From NCBI RefSeq assembly GCF_011745625.1, contig NW_027191472.1, positions 248,001 through 312,000 on the forward strand: DNA of 64,000 bases, written 5' to 3'. Origin of the DNA: Cladosporium halotolerans. Its lineage: Eukaryota. Below the pieces are notes generated by a model, which was given only the letters and a program-made list of their open reading frames with translations, searched no databases and was not told the DNA's origin. The translations under genes were made by a program, and so were the position numbers. Numbering within the stretch: the first letter of the stretch is position 1; the number at the start of each line of letters is the position of its first letter. Shown here one piece after another: positions 58,094 through 64,000 of the stretch.

Positions 58094-60715
58094 ATGGACT
58101 CCTCATTGCTGCCGAACGGCCTTGATACGGCCTCAGAAGACGCTGGAGGATCGCTTGCGGCCACCGACCCTATCACTTGGATCGAGACGGAATCCGGTCT
58201 GCTATCACCTGAACCACGCCCACATCCCGCGTACAGACCTCTCGCCGACGACGGCATCCGCTTGCTGAAGATTCTGCCGGGAGACGAAGGCAGCAAGGTC
58301 TGCTGCTACATCGAAGAGTTTGCAATCCCTACGGCGCCGCAATACACTGCACTATCGTACACATGGGGCTCGCCGTACGGTGTCCACGAGATCCTCATCA
58401 ATGGATCCTCTTCTCGGGTTCCGAAAAATTTATGGCGGTTCCTGCACCAGGCTAGAAGCTTGGTTGGTGACTTGTCTGGTTGGTTTTGGATAGACGTGCT
58501 GTCGATCAATCAGTGCGATGTCTCGGAGCGTGGTCACCAGGTCAAACTGCTATCAAGCACCTTCGCCAGGGCTGGCCGGGTGCTTGTATGGCTTGGTCCG
58601 GCATATCAAAGCAGCGATGTGGCGATGGTAGCTCTGGCCAAGCTTGACGAAAACGGCCAGAAGGGAGAATGTCACGCGAAACTATGGCGAGGTAATGTTG
58701 GGCATGCTATGCTCGGATTTTGTTCGCGTCCCTACTGGAGACGGCTCTGGGTTTTTCAAGAGTTGCGGCTTGCCCGTGAGGTTCGACTCATGTGCGGAGA
58801 GAGGACGGTTGAATGGCACCAGATTAGTGCCGTGATGGATTCCGCTGATTCTGGGCCCAAACGACTTCGGCATGTTGATACCGTCGAGGTCGCATTGAGG
58901 AGCCCAGCCATCAGGATGATCAGGCTGAAACTTCAGTCTGTCGACACGACTCTATGGAGCCTTGTCAGGCTAACAAGCCACCTACGTTGCCTTGATGTGC
59001 GGGACAAAGTGTACGCGCTTCTTGGTGTGGCTACAGGTGGATGCCGTGGCATCGAGCCCGATTACAGCCTACCGTTTCCCACACTGATGAACCAGCTTTT
59101 GCGCGAGATCTTCAGACTGTCGCCACCATCAACACTCGAAGAGGCAGCCCAACGGTCTGAGGAGGTCGAAGATGCAATGAACGTTCGACGTGGTACTATC
59201 TTCACCTTGCAAGATCAACGCGGGGCCCACCCACCGCCCTGCGAAACGGACATGCGTGTTTGTAGGCTCGGCCCTCAAGTCATGAGCGTCAGTCTCTGGT
59301 GGACCGAATTCTACGGACATGGATCCGTGCAAAAGCTACTCTTGGATTCATGGCAAGCTGAATACTTCGCAATTGACAAGAGTTTCCATGGCCCTCTTGT
59401 GGACCACACAAATACTTCAATTGCAAGGAAGCTTTTTCACTCCTGTATGGTCCGACGAAACATGGAGGCTCCGGCTGCCTTTAACGAGTTGACAACATCA
59501 GAAGGTCGTTGTAATTATGCCATGACCATGAACGCTTCTCGAGACTTCTTGGCGCCACGGCCACCGGATGTGCCATCGATCAAATGGCTTGAAGGTTTGG
59601 GCACAAGGTCCCGTTGTCATCCTCGTAATAGAGGCTCAATGATTCTAGTCTTGTTCTCAGCGGGGGGATACCTCGCGTGTCGGGAGAACCCGCTGCTGAT
59701 GCTAATGTTTCAGAACGCGGTTGAGCTCGATGATTTGAATTTGTTGCAGGAGCTATTCAAAATCCAGGATCTCCCCGATCTGAACGGAACGATTGCCAAC
59801 TCTAGCCTTTATCCCAAGAGTGCTGATTGTTGGCGCGATATGTCAACTTCTGCATATTCGAGTCGTGCGAAATATTATAATGTGCTGCAACCCGCGCATG
59901 ACGTGCCCCTACTTTGTTATGCTGCAAGCAGAGGAGCAACAGATTGTGTCAGGGCACTTACCAAGCTTGACCATTGCGACATTAACATCACTGACGCACT
60001 GGGAAGGACACCGATCATGCATGCTGCTTACGCCGGATATCGGGACTGCGTAGAGCTGCTCCTGGGCTCAGGCCGCTGCGACATCAACGCCTGCAGCCAA
60101 GACGGTTGGACACCATTGATGTATGCTGCAGACTGTACGAGGGAGGATGTCTTGACTCCTTTTAATAACACCGGCAATTGCGACGTCAACAGGCTGGATC
60201 TGCATCATCGCACACCGATATTGAAGCTCGTCTATCATGGTAGAGACTTCGCGGTGCAAAGGTTCCTTCGATTCGATGGATGCGATGTGAATCTTCCAGA
60301 CGAGCAAGGTTGGCTTCCGTTGACGTTGGCAGTGCATTCAGCGGCGGTAGTGGAGCCTCGCAATGCCGGATCAATGTCACGCTTCACTTATGCCAGTATT
60401 GTGAGATCGCTACTTCGTTCTCCGTCCTGCAACGTCAACGCTCGGGGAAGACTGGGGATGTCCGCTCTACATTTCGCTGTTGCTGGGCGCTCGATTGACC
60501 TTGTCAAGTGCTTGCTCGAAAGACCGGAGTGTGATGTTGGTTTAAGGTCTGACGATGGCGAAACTGCTCTCAGCATTGCTACCAGAGACACAAGAACGGA
60601 CATTGTTCACCTGTTGACAACGGCGAGATCTGACATTCTACAGAAGTCTAGAAGACGACGAGCGAAGAAGAGCAGGAACAAAAGGGCGAGGCGTGCAAAA
60701 CTCAAGAAACGATGA
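58094..60715 (+). CDS. HET-domain (HET-6-like heterokaryon incompatibility domain) protein with C-terminal ankyrin repeats
   Basis: YRPL..IRLLKILPG..YTALSYTWG..NLWRFL..WFWIDVLSINQCD..ERGHQV..VLVWLG..RPYWRRLWVFQEL..C.DVRDKVYALLG, then about 6 ankyrin repeats (GRTPIMHAA, GWTPLMYAA, GWLPLTLAV, GMSALHFAV, GETALSIA). Confidence 0.92.
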   Translation: MDSSLLPNGLDTASEDAGGSLAATDPITWIETESGLLSPEPRPHPAYRPLADDGIRLLKILPGDEGSKVCCYIEEFAIPTAPQYTALSYTWGSPYGVHEILINGSSSRVPKNLWRFLHQARSLVGDLSGWFWIDVLSINQCDVSERGHQVKLLSSTFARAGRVLVWLGPAYQSSDVAMVALAKLDENGQKGECHAKLWRGNVGHAMLGFCSRPYWRRLWVFQELRLAREVRLMCGERTVEWHQISAVMDSADSGPKRLRHVDTVEVALRSPAIRMIRLKLQSVDTTLWSLVRLTSHLRCLDVRDKVYALLGVATGGCRGIEPDYSLPFPTLMNQLLREIFRLSPPSTLEEAAQRSEEVEDAMNVRRGTIFTLQDQRGAHPPPCETDMRVCRLGPQVMSVSLWWTEFYGHGSVQKLLLDSWQAEYFAIDKSFHGPLVDHTNTSIARKLFHSCMVRRNMEAPAAFNELTTSEGRCNYAMTMNASRDFLAPRPPDVPSIKWLEGLGTRSRCHPRNRGSMILVLFSAGGYLACRENPLLMLMFQNAVELDDLNLLQELFKIQDLPDLNGTIANSSLYPKSADCWRDMSTSAYSSRAKYYNVLQPAHDVPLLCYAASRGATDCVRALTKLDHCDINITDALGRTPIMHAAYAGYRDCVELLLGSGRCDINACSQDGWTPLMYAADCTREDVLTPFNNTGNCDVNRLDLHHRTPILKLVYHGRDFAVQRFLRFDGCDVNLPDEQGWLPLTLAVHSAAVVEPRNAGSMSRFTYASIVRSLLRSPSCNVNARGRLGMSALHFAVAGRSIDLVKCLLERPECDVGLRSDDGETALSIATRDTRTDIVHLLTTARSDILQKSRRRRAKKSRNKRARRAKLKKR

Positions 60716-63651
60716 GCTGCGACTCTTCAATAAGGAGCTATCCGCGAAGTGTGCTCCATCCTACAGCAGCGCACGGTATGTTCACGATGGTGGGGTGGAC
60801 AGCCAGGCACTCGCAGGACTGTGAGCACATCCGGAAGACTTGAGCACTCCAAACATCACTCTCTTCCGCTCGAAAGGTTATTGCCATCAAGGTAATGGTT
60901 TTCAAAATTCTTTTCGGCGGAACACTGCGTCAGGAGGGCGCGATAAGTACGGCAGCTCGGGCATGAGTTCCTCGACGCCAGCCACTTATGACCGTCGCCG
61001 TCATTCGTGAACCTTTCTGCGACTGGTGATCATGTCTCGCTGATCCAGAAGAGAAGTGTTACGACCCAAAATCGGATTTGAGGCCACAAAGGACTGGGCT
61101 GAGCGAACCCAGCCTCATGCGCAAACCGGCCATGTACACCGTCTTCGCAAATTATAAGTCACCACTTTCGTGTCCTCAGAAGGGATTGGTATTGCTTAAG
61201 GTGAGGGTGAGTTACGTGTAGTTCAGTGGTAGCCAGAATTCAACGTCTTTTGAATGAACATGGCCGCGGCCGATACTTTGCTGTCACGTTTCGATCAAGT
61301 AGCCTGTATGACATGAAAGCCGTACTTCATGAATGGTAAGTGACATTGTCAGCCTCGGGGAAACATATCTTGCGGCGGGCTGCTCTTTTCCAAGAATAAC
61401 GACAGATTTATATCCGCACTTTACCGAGGGCGCGCAGCCTGGTCGAGAGCCTGCGCAGGAAATCGGCGGATGGCTTGAAGAGTCGGTGGGGCTGATCCTT
61501 AGATCTCGACTGCTACAGATCGATGTGATGAGACACTCCTGCATCGCAGTTGACGGGGAGCGGCGGCCGCTGCGTGGCTGAAGTCTATCGGCGTATCGGT
61601 GGATCACCATCACAGATGATGGATGGTGAGGAGGATGGGGCAGTGGCCGCCGATGTTACAAGGCTGGATGGTATGGGCTATCTTTTCAACGCTTATACAT
61701 GCGTCTTGTACGGTACCTACCTGTGACCTTACGCATGTTTGACGGAGAGCGACTCTCGGCATTCCATCCCGTGGCACTCCAGAAAGGCGGTAAAAGCCAT
61801 ATCCCAAGTTCAGATCGCGATTCGCAGAGGTAGGGCTTCACCAAACCGGCAATTGCCGTTCGCGCTCCGCAGCGCATCGCAGAGCAAGGATCAAGCTTGA
61901 ACGTCGTCCGGCTGCTCGAAGCCCCTCCTGTCCGTCCTTCGCAGGAACTTCCCACCGGAGGATTCGTCAGAAAGCTGTTCGCGGGCAAGCCCTTCCCTTT
62001 CCGGGACGTCACGACGCCGCTTTGATCGGGCATGCCGTCGCAGGGGCAATCTATTCCGCGTGGAGCGCATGACACGAGCGAGGGTGCGAGTGGCCCTTGT
62101 GCCGCGCTCGCGCTACGGCGGCGCTGGCTGCCGACGGCCGCCGAAACGGTCTTGCATGCCGAATGATGGCGGGACATCTGCGATTCGATGGAGGATTTTT
62201 GCGGACCAGCAGTCGATTGCGGCAGTCTGGCCGCGCTGCCTGCTGCGTGTTTGCGGGTCGCTTGTGAGGATGCAGGTGTGCTTTGAGCACATTTTTGTCT
62301 GCGAGAGTGCACGCCGGCGTGGTTCGCCTGTGAGCGAAGGATGTAGTGTGCAGTTCTACATACATGTACTTACACATTAGGAGCGCTGCCCGTCGGCCTG
62401 CCGTGAGCCCTGGCTCGCGTGGGCTAGTCTGTCAGGCGAGACGAGGTGCGGACCCCGCGCCTGTTTCACTTGTCGACTCGATCCGCCTGCGACGACTCGC
62501 CGGCGCGTGCTGTTCCGGCGCCTGCGAGCTGCCCTTTTGCGCCGCCGCGCGTGATGTCGTCCCCGCCGGCATGCTGTCCCTTCTGCCGTCAGACGCCAGA
62601 CGCAGCAGCACGTATATGTACGGTATGCATTGCCCGCGCAGGTGTGGCCCTGCAGGCTGCGGGTGATGGATGGCAGTGCGATGGCGCGCCCTCCCCGGAC
62701 CGCCAGTGGGCCGCCGATCCACGCCTGAGCTGCTCACGCCCGAGCTTGCCCACACCACCACGCCCCGTGTGCGATGTGCGCATTTCGCTGCCCACAGCCT
62801 CGCCGGCCTGCATCCAGCTGTGCTTTGTAGGAGCGTATGTTGCGATCGGTGACGGGGCAATAACAGCAATATAACACACCTTCTCAGGCTGGCCTCCAAA
62901 TTGTTCCGTGCGGTGCCGCCGCCGCCTGGCGCACAGCATCATCGCACCAACCCAGGCCAGACCAGGTCAGCGCCGAGCAGCCCACGCAGCCCACGCAGCC
63001 CTCCCTCGAATCTCGGTTGCGGGCAGATTCACGCGAGAGGTCATCGCCAGATTCGTCACCGCGCGCCCTCCCCCAACAAGCTTCACCTCGTCCCAGCACG
63101 GGGTGACCGTAAGTGCGACGAACTCCACGCCCGCACCTCCTGCTCTGCCTTATTATAACATTAAGCAATCGCCCGCGGCTCCTTGTCGCAGCGCCGGAGC
63201 GCCCACGCGGCTTCTTCCGGGGGGGAAACAGGCCGTCCGTCCCATGCAGTGTTGGCGCAGCCCGTCATTCTGCCTGCATCCTTGACACAGACTCTCCCGT
63301 TGGGCGACTGGCTCGCAAACAGCTGCGAGCGCGTGAACCATACCGCTGGGTCGCCGCCGTCGCAACAAGTAATCGCCGTGCTGCTGCCCACAATGCTTCC
63401 ACGCCGCTCCGCTCCACCCGCTCCATCTCTCTCGCGCCTTTTCGCCCGCGACGACCGCGCGTTGTCTGCTCGTGCTGGGCTGTGCGTGTGTGAAGAGTAT
63501 TTCGGAAGGCTGAAGGTTTTCTGAATAAGTGTCGTGACTTACTGAAGGGTCGGTATCCGCGGGACCATACAGACGCAGCGTTGAGACCTCGACTAAGCGT
63601 TCTCGTAGGTGAACGCTTGACACCGCTCGAAAATCCCCAAGCTTTGACACG

Positions 63652-64000
63652 ATGTCGACGTTGGCAGCTCTGTTGTCGCAACACCAGACCCCGAATCTAC
63701 CCACCAGAAAAGGACTCATCCTGACCGGCCTGCAACACGACTTCCTGTCACCCGACGGCAAGCTTCCCGTCAGCAATCTTAACTCAGGCTTCCTCGACCG
63801 CACCAAATCGCTCATCCAACAGTTTCGAGGGCACGGTGACATTATCTGGATCCGTACAGAGACAGAAGCCTCGAAGAGCCCGACTGACCTGGATGAGGAC
63901 TCTTGCAGTATCATCACGTCTCTGACACAGCACGACCGCGCGGGTTCTGGGGAGAGCTCGGACGATCATGCCTCTGCATCGGACTCAAGCCCTCCTTCAA
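63652..64000 (+). CDS. 5' part of an isochorismatase/cysteine-hydrolase-family protein, runs off the window
   Basis: ATG at 63652 and open to 64000 (absent from the ORF track). It reads MSTLAALLSQHQTPNLPTRKGLILTGLQHDFLSPDGKLPV..GFLDRTKSLIQQFRGHGDIIWIRT, matching the family N-terminus (aLlv.DxQxDF..pdG.L......lv..fR.....vi). Confidence 0.7.
   Translation, partial: MSTLAALLSQHQTPNLPTRKGLILTGLQHDFLSPDGKLPVSNLNSGFLDRTKSLIQQFRGHGDIIWIRTETEASKSPTDLDEDSCSIITSLTQHDRAGSGESSDDHASASDSSPPS

Noticed and set aside
61205..61290. tRNA-like D-arm/A-box (TAGTTCAGTGGTAG)
   Set aside because: No T-arm (GTTCRA) or acceptor stem could be formed.

Overview
This is fungal nuclear DNA from a filamentous ascomycete, probably a Dothideomycete. 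The basis is short GT-AG introns with CTRAC branch sites, roughly 55-60% GC by eye, and Pezizomycotina-type gene families. Housekeeping genes include DOA1/UFD3 (partial), a BTB protein, MCD4, an epoxide-hydrolase-like enzyme, a HAUS3-like protein, a Yip1-family gene, a secreted PEBP, GAL7, mccA, a HAL/NPR-family kinase and the start of an isochorismatase-family gene. Long GC-rich, microsatellite-laden intergenic regions separate them. Three things stand out. (1) An intronless gene fuses an IS630/Tc1 transposase DNA-binding region to a phosphinothricin-acetyltransferase-like GNAT, with no DDE domain. (2) A ~12 kb accessory island between GAL7 and mccA holds a double-RING E3 ligase head-to-head with a T5orf172/GIY-YIG nuclease-like gene; the two share an N-terminal C-RC-LC-H-W module. 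An F-box gene, two surface proteins and a broken NACHT-ankyrin NLR follow. (3) There are repeated ~1 kb domains in which the top strand flips sharply from C-rich to G/T-rich. I found no tRNA, rRNA, CRISPR array or intact transposon. All family calls are motif recognition by eye, not database results.
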